This document shows, piece by piece, positions 1 to 8,106 of a stretch of 52,135 nucleotides of DNA. Position 1 is the stretch's first letter, and every line of letters begins with the position of its first letter. Below the pieces are notes generated by a model that made no database searches, was not told where the DNA came from, and saw only the letters and a list, made by a program, of their open reading frames with translations. Made by a program: the position numbers and the translations under genes. This stretch comes from a virus (taxonomy: Duplodnaviria; Caudoviricetes). Location of the stretch: positions 1 to 52,135 of the IMG/VR virus record IMGVR_UViG_3300031965_000041. One strand, given 5' to 3'.

Positions 1-235
1 CGTCGACCGCCCCGCGGGCAATGGCTGATCGTAGCCGCGCAGGTCCAGCGCCCCGTCGACCGTCGTCAGCCCCGCGGGCAATGGATGATCGTAGCCGCCC
101 AGGTCCAGCGACCCGTCGACCGTCGTCAGCCCCGCGGGCAATGGATGACCGTAGCCGCGCAGGTCCAGCCCCCCGCCGACCGTCGTCAGCCCCGCGGGCA
201 ATGGATGATCGTAGCCGCCCAGGTGCAGCGACCCG
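1..235. repeat. 60-bp tandem repeat, about 4 units (left part of array)
   Basis: Unit cgtcgtcagccccgcgggcaatggatgaYcgtagccgcScaggtccagc... aligns at 61, 121 and 181. Confidence 0.95.
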
Positions 236-594
236 CACCACTTGCCCGAGCTCAATGTGACCATGAGTTCGAGCGCAGATTCCACCGCCACGATGCACGC
301 CCGCTCTACCGCTATCTTGTTTCCATCAATGCTTTTAGTGCGCCCTTCATAGACGCAGAGGGCGAAGCGCGTACCTCGGTGCGCATAGCCGTGGTACCCA
401 TCGCCAGGAGCCTGGCCGAAAAACCCGCCGCCCTCGCATGTCCGCTCATCGGTCCACCGCGGACACGTCACCCAGACGCCCGGCCCTGGCCACACAAACC
501 CGCCGTAGGATACGCCGTCGTTATCGGTGCGGAGCATCCAACGACCATCCGCGATGGCCGATGCGATATCGGGGCGGGACAGGAGGCCGCTCAT
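1..594 (-). CDS. 5' part of a repeat protein (DUF7666-like N-terminal domain plus 20-aa LRR-like repeats); runs off the window start
   Basis: Hand-translated, absent from the ORF track. ATG at 594 overlaps the stop at 591 (ATGA). Reads MSGLLSRPDIASAIADGRWMLRTDNDGVSYGGFVWPGPGVWVTCPRWTDERTCEGGGFFG...LHLGGYDHPLPAGLTTVGGGLDLRGYGHPLPAG; open to position 1. Confidence 0.8.
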   Translation of the reverse strand, partial: MSGLLSRPDIASAIADGRWMLRTDNDGVSYGGFVWPGPGVWVTCPRWTDERTCEGGGFFGQAPGDGYHGYAHRGTRFALCVYEGRTKSIDGNKIAVERACIVAVESALELMVTLSSGKWCGSLHLGGYDHPLPAGLTTVGGGLDLRGYGHPLPAGLTTVDGSLDLGGYDHPLPAGLTTVDGALDLRGYDQPLPAGRST

Positions 595-989
595 CGGTCG
601 CCTTCCGGGTCCGGGAACACCATGCACCCCATCTCGTAGACCCAGGGAGCGCCGGGGCACTCCTCACGGTGGAGTGCTTCGATCTCCGCCCGATGGACGC
701 TGTACACATTATCGTAGTGTCCCCGGCGTCGGTCCAGTTGCCCTGCACGTGCTCCGCGTAGGCGCACGCGATCAGTCTCAGATGCGGCTCCGGGATCATC
801 TCGGGCCGCAGTACGAGCCTCAGCCGATCCTCGTGGGGGATCTCCTCGCAGCGCAGGATATCCAGAGCATTCCATCTCCGCATTCCATCTCCGATCCCCG
901 GCAATCGCCTCGATCCGCTCCGGAGTCCAGTCTTTGCACGGCTCCCACGAGAGCACGTCGGCCGCGGTCACGGTGGGGAGAGTCACCAT
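591..989 (-). pseudogene. Rearranged phage gene with a 13-bp duplication and a probable second indel
   Basis: cattccatctccg is duplicated at 868-893. The protein-like text switches between the frames of ORFs 591..989 and 521..904. Confidence 0.55.
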
Positions 990-1408
990 GACTCGATCTC
1001 CCTGCGGAGTAGCTCACGGAGCTGCCGGAGACTCCCGCCGTCCGATGCGAATTCCCCGGGGGGCGTGTCCAGAGCGTTCCGAAGCTGTCGCGCCAGGAGG
1101 TCGATGTCCTCGCGGCCCTCGTAGTCATGCGCCAGCACATCCGCGTGCCGTCGCAGCTCCGAGTACATGCCCGCCGTCAGGTAGTGGTACGCCAGCCGCG
1201 TCCGGACACGCCGCGACTCCGCGGATGCCGTCCACTCCACCAGATCCCCGGGAGAACCAGAGTCCGGCGGCACCGAAGCCATACCCAGCACACCGACCTC
1301 GACCGGCTGCTCCGGTACCGCTTCGCGCTCCTGGCACCCCACCTGCGAGCCCACAAACATCGCGGCCACCAACATCAGGACCGCGGGAAAGTTCAATCCT
1401 TCACGCAT
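983..1408 (-). CDS. Hypothetical protein with N-terminal hydrophobic, possibly lipoprotein, signal
   Basis: PAVLMLVAAMFVGSQVGC; overlaps both neighbouring genes. Confidence 0.55.
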   Translation of the reverse strand: MREGLNFPAVLMLVAAMFVGSQVGCQEREAVPEQPVEVGVLGMASVPPDSGSPGDLVEWTASAESRRVRTRLAYHYLTAGMYSELRRHADVLAHDYEGREDIDLLARQLRNALDTPPGEFASDGGSLRQLRELLRREIESW

Positions 1409-1734
1409 CGCTCAAATGCCTCCTGGATCTGCTCCGTCAGGAGCGGGTGGCGGACCTTGATCGCGTCTCTTTGCCTGGCCCTGACCTTGACTCCGAGCTT
1501 CCCCGCCAGCTCGTGGCACCTGCGGCCGAGCATGATGAGGTTGTCCGGCGTGTCCCGCCGGAAACCCCCGCCTCGCCCCCGGGGCTTGATGTGATTCAGC
1601 TCGAGGTGGCCACACCCACCGGCGCAACCGGGCCATTCGCACCCGAGACCCCACTCCCTCCAGATCTCGTGCAGCGCCCGCATGAACCCGGGGGCGACGG
1701 TGCGGCCCTCCTTGGGGAAGGTCTGATGGCTCAT
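1393..1734 (-). CDS. HNH-like endonuclease (degenerate)
   Basis: CEWPGC...LELNHIKPRGRGG...DNLIMLGRRCH. Confidence 0.7.
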   Translation of the reverse strand: MSHQTFPKEGRTVAPGFMRALHEIWREWGLGCEWPGCAGGCGHLELNHIKPRGRGGGFRRDTPDNLIMLGRRCHELAGKLGVKVRARQRDAIKVRHPLLTEQIQEAFERCVKD

Positions 1735-2069
1735 TTCTCACCCTCCATCAGATCCCCGAACGGATGCACCGCACACTCCTCCGGGCTTACACCGAGGTCC
1801 TCCAGGATCCGTCTGGCGCGCCGGCGAAGCACCTCCCGGTTCCGCATCCGCCGCCCGAACCGTGACAAGCCCTGCGCCACCCCCTGCTCAGTCAGGCCGA
1901 AGTTCTCGCCAAGCAGCGTGTACCCGTCGTTCCTCATCCCGCGAGCCAGGTACATCGCCATGTACCGCGCCTCGACCGGCAAGCGCCGCCGACCCGGAGC
2001 CAACAGGTTCTTTGGGGTGATCCCGTACTCCCGGGCCGTCGCCAGGCAGATTTCAGACAGAGGTTTCAC
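1731..2069 (-). CDS. DnaA domain-IV-like helix-turn-helix protein (start uncertain)
   Basis: EICLATAREYGITPKNLLAPGRRRLPVEARYMAMYLAR...YTLLGENFG resembles the DnaA C-terminus. Confidence 0.7.
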   Translation of the reverse strand: MKPLSEICLATAREYGITPKNLLAPGRRRLPVEARYMAMYLARGMRNDGYTLLGENFGLTEQGVAQGLSRFGRRMRNREVLRRRARRILEDLGVSPEECAVHPFGDLMEGEK

Positions 2070-2433
2070 GTGGAACACTCTTGTTGGTTTGCACAACATC
2101 CGCGGACACGAAGCCGGGGGTCCCCTGCTCCTGCATCAGCCGCCAGAACCACGCGGGGGCGACGGGGATGCTCGTACCCTTCATGCGTCCAGCCAAGCAC
2201 TTACAGCGATACACCGTCGTGTACTTAGCGTCGGTGCAGAACACGAACCCGCCGTCGTACTCAGGCCGGTGCACGAGTCCCGTCTCCGTTTGCCGCGGGT
2301 GCTTCTCCCACCGTCCCGTCCAGGTCGCACGGCAGATCCCGCAGATCGTCTCCGTGACCGTCTCGTACACCGGCTTCTCGTACCGGGCCACGGGACACTC
2401 CGGTGGCGCCTTTCCCCAATCCAGATCGCTCAT
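2053..2433 (-). CDS. Cys-rich protein downstream of the initiator; resembles a helicase-loader zinc-binding N-terminus
   Basis: CGIC...DGGFVF...YRCKC; ATG 2433 overlaps the initiator stop at 2430. Confidence 0.55.
   Translation of the reverse strand: MSDLDWGKAPPECPVARYEKPVYETVTETICGICRATWTGRWEKHPRQTETGLVHRPEYDGGFVFCTDAKYTTVYRCKCLAGRMKGTSIPVAPAWFWRLMQEQGTPGFVSADVVQTNKSVPRETSV
2062..2077. promoter_or_regulatory. parS-like palindrome (ParB binding site)
   Basis: GGTTTCACGTGGAACA; reverse complement TGTTCCACGTGAAACC is a 15/16 match to the consensus TGTTNCACGTGAAACA. Confidence 0.75.
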
Positions 2434-3419
2434 GGCTTGCTCCTGCTGTAGTCCGCGTGGTGGCGGTTGTAGTCCTTCACGAACCATCCGACGTCGATCC
2501 GAGCCGGATCCTTCCGTGACTGCACGTAGTGATCCCAGACGGCCATGATCCGCTCCTCTGACTGCCCGGCCCGGATGAGAGATGCCACTGTCGGGCCGTG
2601 CACGTCCGCGATCACGTAGGGCACCTTGCGCCGCTTTTGCACAATCCCCGCCATCTTGGGGAGGATCCGGTATGGGTCCTGGAAGCTCCGCGGCTCGAAT
2701 TCCGATTCGCCTGAAACAGGGCCGGCCGGGTTCCCCTTCTCGAGTAGCTCAGTATCCCCGGACGGCTCTGAGGCATGGGCATGGGCATGGGCATGGGGAT
2801 CCGGAAGCTTCCCGGAAGCTTCCGGGAAGCTTCCGGGAAGGGTTTTACCGGATGAATTCCACCGTCCTCCTATTCTTCCCGCAAGTTTCTCGAAGGCTTC
2901 CGAGAGCTTTCCGGGAGCGTTGCTGGGAAATTCGCGGCCATCCCAGTTCATCTTGTTGGGATCGCCGCCTGCTGCTTCGAGCGATGGGGGTACTGGGGTG
3001 GCTCGGCCGAGGGGTCGAAACGAGTTGACGCGCAGGACCTTCTCGCCGCGTTGGCCCACAGGGGCATACCAGGCCGTCCAGTGGCCGTACACGCGCCCGT
3101 GGGCCTCCCACACCTCGAGGAGCGGCCCTGTCGTGGCGTACTGCCAGAGTCGCCAGAGGACGTGTTCCCGAGTCTGTTCTGGGAACATCTCCTCGGCCCG
3201 CGCAACGATAGCCAGGGGATTGATCCGGAAGCAGCCGTGAGCGTCCTCGACGGTGAACCGGAGATCCCAGGGGAACATGACGCGGGCGACGAACGGCAAG
3301 CGCCGGACGGTCTCCGAGGTCTCGATATGGGGGTGGAGATTCACGGTCTGTCCCACGCCCCGCCCCACAGAACCCAACCCAAGTAACTGCCCTCCTCGAT
3401 ACCGTGTCTTTTGTGCCAT
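2430..3419 (-). CDS. Phage replication initiator (lambda O/DnaD-like organisation); may start at GTG 3344
   Basis: N-terminal wHTH-like region (DAHGCFRINPLAI...EVWEAHGRVYGHWTAW), low-complexity linker containing DNA iterons, C-terminal helical domain. Confidence 0.7.
   Translation of the reverse strand: MAQKTRYRGGQLLGLGSVGRGVGQTVNLHPHIETSETVRRLPFVARVMFPWDLRFTVEDAHGCFRINPLAIVARAEEMFPEQTREHVLWRLWQYATTGPLLEVWEAHGRVYGHWTAWYAPVGQRGEKVLRVNSFRPLGRATPVPPSLEAAGGDPNKMNWDGREFPSNAPGKLSEAFEKLAGRIGGRWNSSGKTLPGSFPEASGKLPDPHAHAHAHASEPSGDTELLEKGNPAGPVSGESEFEPRSFQDPYRILPKMAGIVQKRRKVPYVIADVHGPTVASLIRAGQSEERIMAVWDHYVQSRKDPARIDVGWFVKDYNRHHADYSRSKP
2772..2916. repeat. Putative replication origin: palindromic GGAAGCTTCC iterons plus (GGCATG)n
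   Basis: ggaagcttcccggaagcttccgggaagcttccgggaag at ~2803-2840, degenerate copies to 2916, ggcatg x4 from 2772. Confidence 0.65.
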
Positions 3420-3787
3420 CCCTTTGATGCAAGTGGAGCGCCGCGCTGCTCCTCAGCGCCCTGGTTTCTGGGGACCAAGGAACCCCATTCGTTGGTGGGG
3501 GTGCCGCCCGGCGCTAACCCCGCGCATCGCCCAACGGGACGCGCCACACCCCCGTTTTTGTATTGCCGCCGCTCCTACTGCCCTAGGGCCGGGCTCACCA
3601 CTTGGTTCCGGCCCTTCCGGGACGATTCGGTCACGGCGGCAAGATATACGGGAAACTCATCCCACGTCCGGCCATCCAGTACGCGGCCACTCAATCCCCC
3701 TCGGACGACCTCCCGGGAAAGCCCGTGACCTCTCCGGGTAGAGACGCTCTCCGCAGCCGCCCGAGGGGGGCGCTCAATCCACGGCCG

Positions 3788-5290
3788 CTAGGCACGATCG
3801 GTCCCCGCCTGCGACTCGGGCAGCATGAGGACTTCCTGCGCGCACCGCTTTGCCGCGAGATCGCAGTACCGCTCCTCGATCTCGATCCCGATGGCGCGAC
3901 GGTTCAAATCCTTTGCGGCCCGAAGCGTGGTGCCGGACCCCATGAAGGGGTCGAGAACCGTATCGCCTTGGTCAGAGTGGAGCCGCACGAACAACGAAAA
4001 CAACCCCAATGGCTTTGGAGTTGGATGGTCCTCTGCCCTCGGCTTGATTCCCGGAATGCGGATCACGTTTGCTTGAGTATGACCACCATTCCATTTGCAG
4101 GCCGCTCCAGGCTTCTGCGCTACGAGCATCAGCTCGTAATTCCGCCGGTAATGCCACCCCATCCCCAGCCCGGTCGTCGACGACGGGGGTTGGCCGACGT
4201 GCTGTTCGACATGCTCGATGATGCTCTGCCCGATGACGCGCCCGAGGTCGACGGGAACCGCGTTGCCGATCATGCGGCCGAGCGCCTTGAACTGGAGTGT
4301 TTCGTCGTCAGGGACGAAGGAGTAGTCCTTCGGGAAGCCCTGAAGCAGCGCGCCCTCGCGCAGCGAGAGACCACGCGCCTGCGTGGGATGGCCAAAGCGA
4401 CCGTTGCCGAAGCCGTAGAACTGTGTCGTCAGCGTCGGCGCGGGCTCGTCGTACTTCATGCGGCCGTAGACGCCGGGATAGGTCTTGCCCGTCTTCTTCG
4501 TATGGCATTTGGCGATCAGGTGCTTCGGCCAGTCACGCCACGTGCCGCCCGGCTTCGAGACCTGAATGCGCTCGTAGTTCAGGTCGGAGAGGCGGGACGC
4601 GGTGTGCAGGCGATCGTCCTTGTGGGTGCCACCATGCCTGAGGATGGGGAGCCCCTTGATCACGTCCTCGACCGTCCTGGTTTCCGACGCGACGGGCTCG
4701 CGCAGCTTGATCTCGCCGTGGAGCGACGCGAGAAGCACGGTACGGTGGCGGCGCTGCGGGAGGCCGTACTTGGCGCAGTCGATGACGTCGTACCAGACCT
4801 TGTACTTGAGACGCTTCAGCGTCGCGACGAAGTCGTCGAATACCTCGTGCTTCGTCACGGTGGGGACGTTTTCCATCGTGACGATGTCAGGCATCAGCTC
4901 CTCCACCAATCGCCCGAAGTGGTTGAGCAGGCTCCACCGCTCGTCGTCCTCGACGTCCTCCTCCTTCTGGTAGCGGAGGGCGTAGTTCGAGAACGGCTGG
5001 CAGGGCGCGCAGCCGGCGAGAACGCGAACCGTCGCATCGCCGAACCAGGCATCGACCTTCGACGCCTCGAGCTTGGCGACGTCGGCTTGGTGGAACTCGA
5101 TGCCCTCGTGGTTCGCCTCGTACGGGTGCCTGCAGCCCTCGTCGAAGTCGACTCCCGCGACGACCTTCACACCGGCGTCGATGAGTCCGTGGGTGAGCCC
5201 GCCCGCGCCGCAGAACAGATCCACGCACACGACGTCCCGATCGGGCCGCTTGGTCCGTCCGTTCCTCGGTGTACGTGACTTTCTCGCCAT
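3788..5290 (-). CDS. Chimeric DNA methyltransferase: full C5-cytosine MTase (M.HgiDII-like) fused to the C-terminal half of a beta-class N4/N6 MTase
   Basis: RBS GGAGGAG before ATG 5290. C5 motifs DLFCGAGG, GCAPCQPFS, ENV, QRRHR, IGNAVP; then GLGMGWHYRRNYE, HPTPKP, VLDPFMGSGTT, GIEIEERY. Confidence 0.9.
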   Translation of the reverse strand: MARKSRTPRNGRTKRPDRDVVCVDLFCGAGGLTHGLIDAGVKVVAGVDFDEGCRHPYEANHEGIEFHQADVAKLEASKVDAWFGDATVRVLAGCAPCQPFSNYALRYQKEEDVEDDERWSLLNHFGRLVEELMPDIVTMENVPTVTKHEVFDDFVATLKRLKYKVWYDVIDCAKYGLPQRRHRTVLLASLHGEIKLREPVASETRTVEDVIKGLPILRHGGTHKDDRLHTASRLSDLNYERIQVSKPGGTWRDWPKHLIAKCHTKKTGKTYPGVYGRMKYDEPAPTLTTQFYGFGNGRFGHPTQARGLSLREGALLQGFPKDYSFVPDDETLQFKALGRMIGNAVPVDLGRVIGQSIIEHVEQHVGQPPSSTTGLGMGWHYRRNYELMLVAQKPGAACKWNGGHTQANVIRIPGIKPRAEDHPTPKPLGLFSLFVRLHSDQGDTVLDPFMGSGTTLRAAKDLNRRAIGIEIEERYCDLAAKRCAQEVLMLPESQAGTDRA

Positions 5291-5513
5291 CTCCTCCGTT
5301 ACCTCACTCTTCGTCTTGCCGTCGGTCCTCGGCGGCTTTTCCTCGACTTCATCCTTCTCCCCCAATACTGCCCCCCCGGGTGGCCCGGGGCTGATTGTCC
5401 TGCCCACCGTCCGGAGGCACGACCACTCCCCGAGAGTTTCTCGAGGACCACCCGAGGGAGGCCAGCAACAGGCGCGGCACTTCCCCCGAAGCCCACACGA
5501 ACCCGTTGCTGCG

Positions 5514-6335
5514 CTATCCTGCAGGCACCATCTCCTTGGCCACGTGCTCCTCGATCTTCTCTGCCGCGCTCTCGCCCATCTCCTTGTGGCCGCACGAGCA
5601 CTGGTACCCGGCGATCTCCTCGCCCTTGCCCTTGAGGGCCTTTGCTTTGTGCTCGACCTTCGGGGGCGCCCCTTTCGGGGTCTCCTCTTCCTCCTCCTTC
5701 TTGGTCTCTCCCGAATCACCGTTCATGGCCGCCTTCTCCTCCAGTTCGGCGGTGAGGTCCTCGGCGTCCGAGGTAGGCTGCCGCTCCAGCTTCTCGGGAT
5801 CCTCGAACTCTTCGGTGGCGTAGGTGCCCGCGAAGAAGTCTGGGGCGATCATCCGCAAACCCCTGGCCTTGCACCGCGCGGCTAACATGTCCTTCGGATA
5901 CCTCTTCCAAACCTCACCCTTCTTGGCGAGCAATCCGGCGTCCCGCGCCTCCTGGATCGTGAATTCAGCCTCGACGGGATCGAACCCTTCACGGGTGAAC
6001 AGGATCCGGCACACCGTGGACGACCATTCGAGGATCTTCTTCCGGACCCCCAGCCGCTTGGAGGCGATCCCGTCCATCAGGGCGGCCTCCAACACGAGCT
6101 TGCCGTCGAAATAGTGGATTGACGCGAATCCCTGCATGGCAGGCACCCCGAGCTCGTGCGCCTTGAGCATCATGGCGAAGGCGGCGTTGGCGTTCCGTTG
6201 CGGGATGAGACCGCTCGCCGCCAGAGCCTTGGCCATCCGCCACCGAGCATCCATCGTGGCGACCCAGGCCGCCATCGGGTCGTCCGTCGTGGAGACTTCA
6301 TTCCGGCGAGCCGGAATCACGTCGTTGTCAGTCAT
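5514..6335 (-). CDS. RecT-like single-strand annealing protein
   Basis: AMMLKAHELGVPAMQGFASIHYFDGK...FTIQEARDAGL...WKRYPKDMLAARCKARGLR; adjacent to the exonuclease. Confidence 0.8.
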   Translation of the reverse strand: MTDNDVIPARRNEVSTTDDPMAAWVATMDARWRMAKALAASGLIPQRNANAAFAMMLKAHELGVPAMQGFASIHYFDGKLVLEAALMDGIASKRLGVRKKILEWSSTVCRILFTREGFDPVEAEFTIQEARDAGLLAKKGEVWKRYPKDMLAARCKARGLRMIAPDFFAGTYATEEFEDPEKLERQPTSDAEDLTAELEEKAAMNGDSGETKKEEEEETPKGAPPKVEHKAKALKGKGEEIAGYQCSCGHKEMGESAAEKIEEHVAKEMVPAG

Positions 6336-7155
6336 AGTTCACGGTCCTTTCCGACATCTTGCGGAACGCCCAATCCGGCATCGAGATCGGGTGTACCTTG
6401 TCCTCGTAGCCGGGCCAATTCCCGGACTCCATGCATTCGGCGTACAGGCGCAGCAGGGGCCGCAGCTCCTCATCCCCCGCGGCCACGGCATCGGCCTCGA
6501 TGCGGTAGACGCCGACGCAGTAAGGGGGAACCTTCTCGGCTGCGATAATGACCAGGTGCCGCAGCCCCATACCCAGGGCGTTGGCGCCGGCCATGTAATG
6601 CGCCGCCTGTATGTAGTAGCCGAAGTTGTAGACCGACCGCTCGAACCCGGCCGGGCTGGCGTCGGTAGTCGTCTTGAGGTCCACCAGGACTCCCGACACC
6701 TCGGAGACGTGGTCGAACCGCCCTTTGCAGAGCACGCCCGTCTCCGCGTCCTTCCAGATTGCGGATCGCTCGGACTCGCCGTCGAAGAGGAGTCGGGCCA
6801 TTCGGTGATTGCGAACGGCATCGCGGATCTGCATGCACAGATCGAAGTCGGCGGGGTCCACAACCGTCTTGCCGGACTTGGCCAGCTCTTCCCGGGCTTC
6901 CTTGATCTCTTTCTTGCGCCCGTCCCCCTCGATTCCGCGGACATGGGTGGCGTCGAACCGATCCGGCTCCAGAACGGCCGTGTGTACCAGGGTCCCGAAG
7001 CGCATGGCGGGCGTCTCGAATTCATAGGGATGATCGAGCCGGTATCGCAGGTGCGCCGGGGTTTGGTCTCGCAGGATCTTGAGCGAGGACTGCGCCGCAA
7101 ACGGCAGGCGGTGGTACTTCTCGGCGGGCATGTCCTTGTAGAGTCCCGGTTTCAT
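6328..7155 (-). CDS. RecE/exonuclease VIII-like PD-(D/E)xK nuclease (DUF3799-like)
   Basis: ETPAMRFGTLVHTAVLEP, CKGRFD, VDLKTT, YYIQAAHY. Confidence 0.9.
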   Translation of the reverse strand: MKPGLYKDMPAEKYHRLPFAAQSSLKILRDQTPAHLRYRLDHPYEFETPAMRFGTLVHTAVLEPDRFDATHVRGIEGDGRKKEIKEAREELAKSGKTVVDPADFDLCMQIRDAVRNHRMARLLFDGESERSAIWKDAETGVLCKGRFDHVSEVSGVLVDLKTTTDASPAGFERSVYNFGYYIQAAHYMAGANALGMGLRHLVIIAAEKVPPYCVGVYRIEADAVAAGDEELRPLLRLYAECMESGNWPGYEDKVHPISMPDWAFRKMSERTVNYD

Positions 7156-7355
7156 GTCCACTCCCCCACAATGGCGGGCCGTTCGGACACCTTCTCCGGG
7201 AGATGAATGTCCTCGCCCGCATGGACGTGCCGGATCCAGTCGATGGTCCGGAACGCCTTGAAGCATCCGGGTTGCGGGCAGGTGTACACGACCTCGCCCC
7301 TCTGATTGCGCTCCACGCGCAATCCGTCGCTCCCGCAGGAAATGCAGCGGATCAT
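7152..7355 (-). CDS. Small zinc-finger protein
   Basis: CISC...CPQPGC...HVH. Confidence 0.55.
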   Translation of the reverse strand: MIRCISCGSDGLRVERNQRGEVVYTCPQPGCFKAFRTIDWIRHVHAGEDIHLPEKVSERPAIVGEWT

Positions 7356-7366
7356 AGGATCTCCTC

Positions 7367-7780
7367 TCACCAACAGCCCCCTTTCCGCGCCCCGCTCAGA
7401 GCGGACCGGATGTACTCGTCCGCATCCATCCGCGTAACCGGCTCGTACTGCCGGTCGCAACCCTGGGTCTGGCACATGAACTGCCCGCGGTACTCCTCGC
7501 AGGGCTGGCCGCACGAGACGCAGAGATAGATGCGCTTGGGCTCCAGGAGGTTGGCCATGTCGTCGCGGCTGTTGGCGCGGGCCTTGAATTGTTCGACGCG
7601 CTCCCGGTGCGTCTCGGTGGGGAAGATCGTGCCGACGCGACCGCCGGCGTCGATGTTGGCGCCACCCATGAGATCCCCGGTGTTGGTGTCCTCCAGGATG
7701 TAGGTGACGTGATGGGTGCGGCACAGGGAGATCCCCATGTCGCACGCGAGATCGGTAACCTCCCGCGGTAGTTTTGTCAT
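7367..7780 (-). CDS. Hypothetical zinc-ribbon protein
   Basis: ATG 7780 with a G-rich RBS; CVSC...CQTQGC. Confidence 0.6.
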   Translation of the reverse strand: MTKLPREVTDLACDMGISLCRTHHVTYILEDTNTGDLMGGANIDAGGRVGTIFPTETHRERVEQFKARANSRDDMANLLEPKRIYLCVSCGQPCEEYRGQFMCQTQGCDRQYEPVTRMDADEYIRSALSGARKGGCW

Positions 7781-7796
7781 CGTGTGACCCCCTATC

Positions 7797-7867
7797 TGGT
7801 AGCGGAACCGGGAGTCGAACCCGGCGCATTGGGGATATGCGCCCCGCGCGGTCCCGCGACTTCCGCA
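7797..7867 (-). tRNA. Non-canonical tRNA-like gene with CAT anticodon (initiator-like)
   Basis: TGCGGAA-GT-CGCG GGAC CGCG-CGGGG CGCATAT CCCCA-ATGCG-CCGGG TTCGACT CCCGG-TTCCGCT-ACCA. Perfect T arm, encoded CCA, 1:72 mismatch. Confidence 0.75.
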
Positions 7868-8106
7868 TCTATCGCGCCAGCAGCATCGCGGCCACCAGGA
7901 ACGCGAGCGGCCAGCGAAGCATCCAGACGTACCGGGCACACACGGACAGGTCCGAACGGATTTCCTGCCAGTCCATGCCCATCTCCTCGTGCAGATAGTG
8001 GCCGACGTGGGTGCGCTCCCTCCCCCGCCGGCCGGTCACGCGCGCCGCCATCTCATGCCTATGCAGATGAGGGCCACGAGCCCAATAGCAAAGATCCATT
8101 CCAGAA

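Noticed and set aside
1-235. Diversity-generating retroelement behind the repeat variation
   Set aside because: No reverse transcriptase seen, and the substitutions are not confined to adenines.
5291-5719. N-terminal extension of the 643-aa methylase ORF
   Set aside because: Overlaps the RecT-like gene in another frame; the RBS supports ATG 5290.
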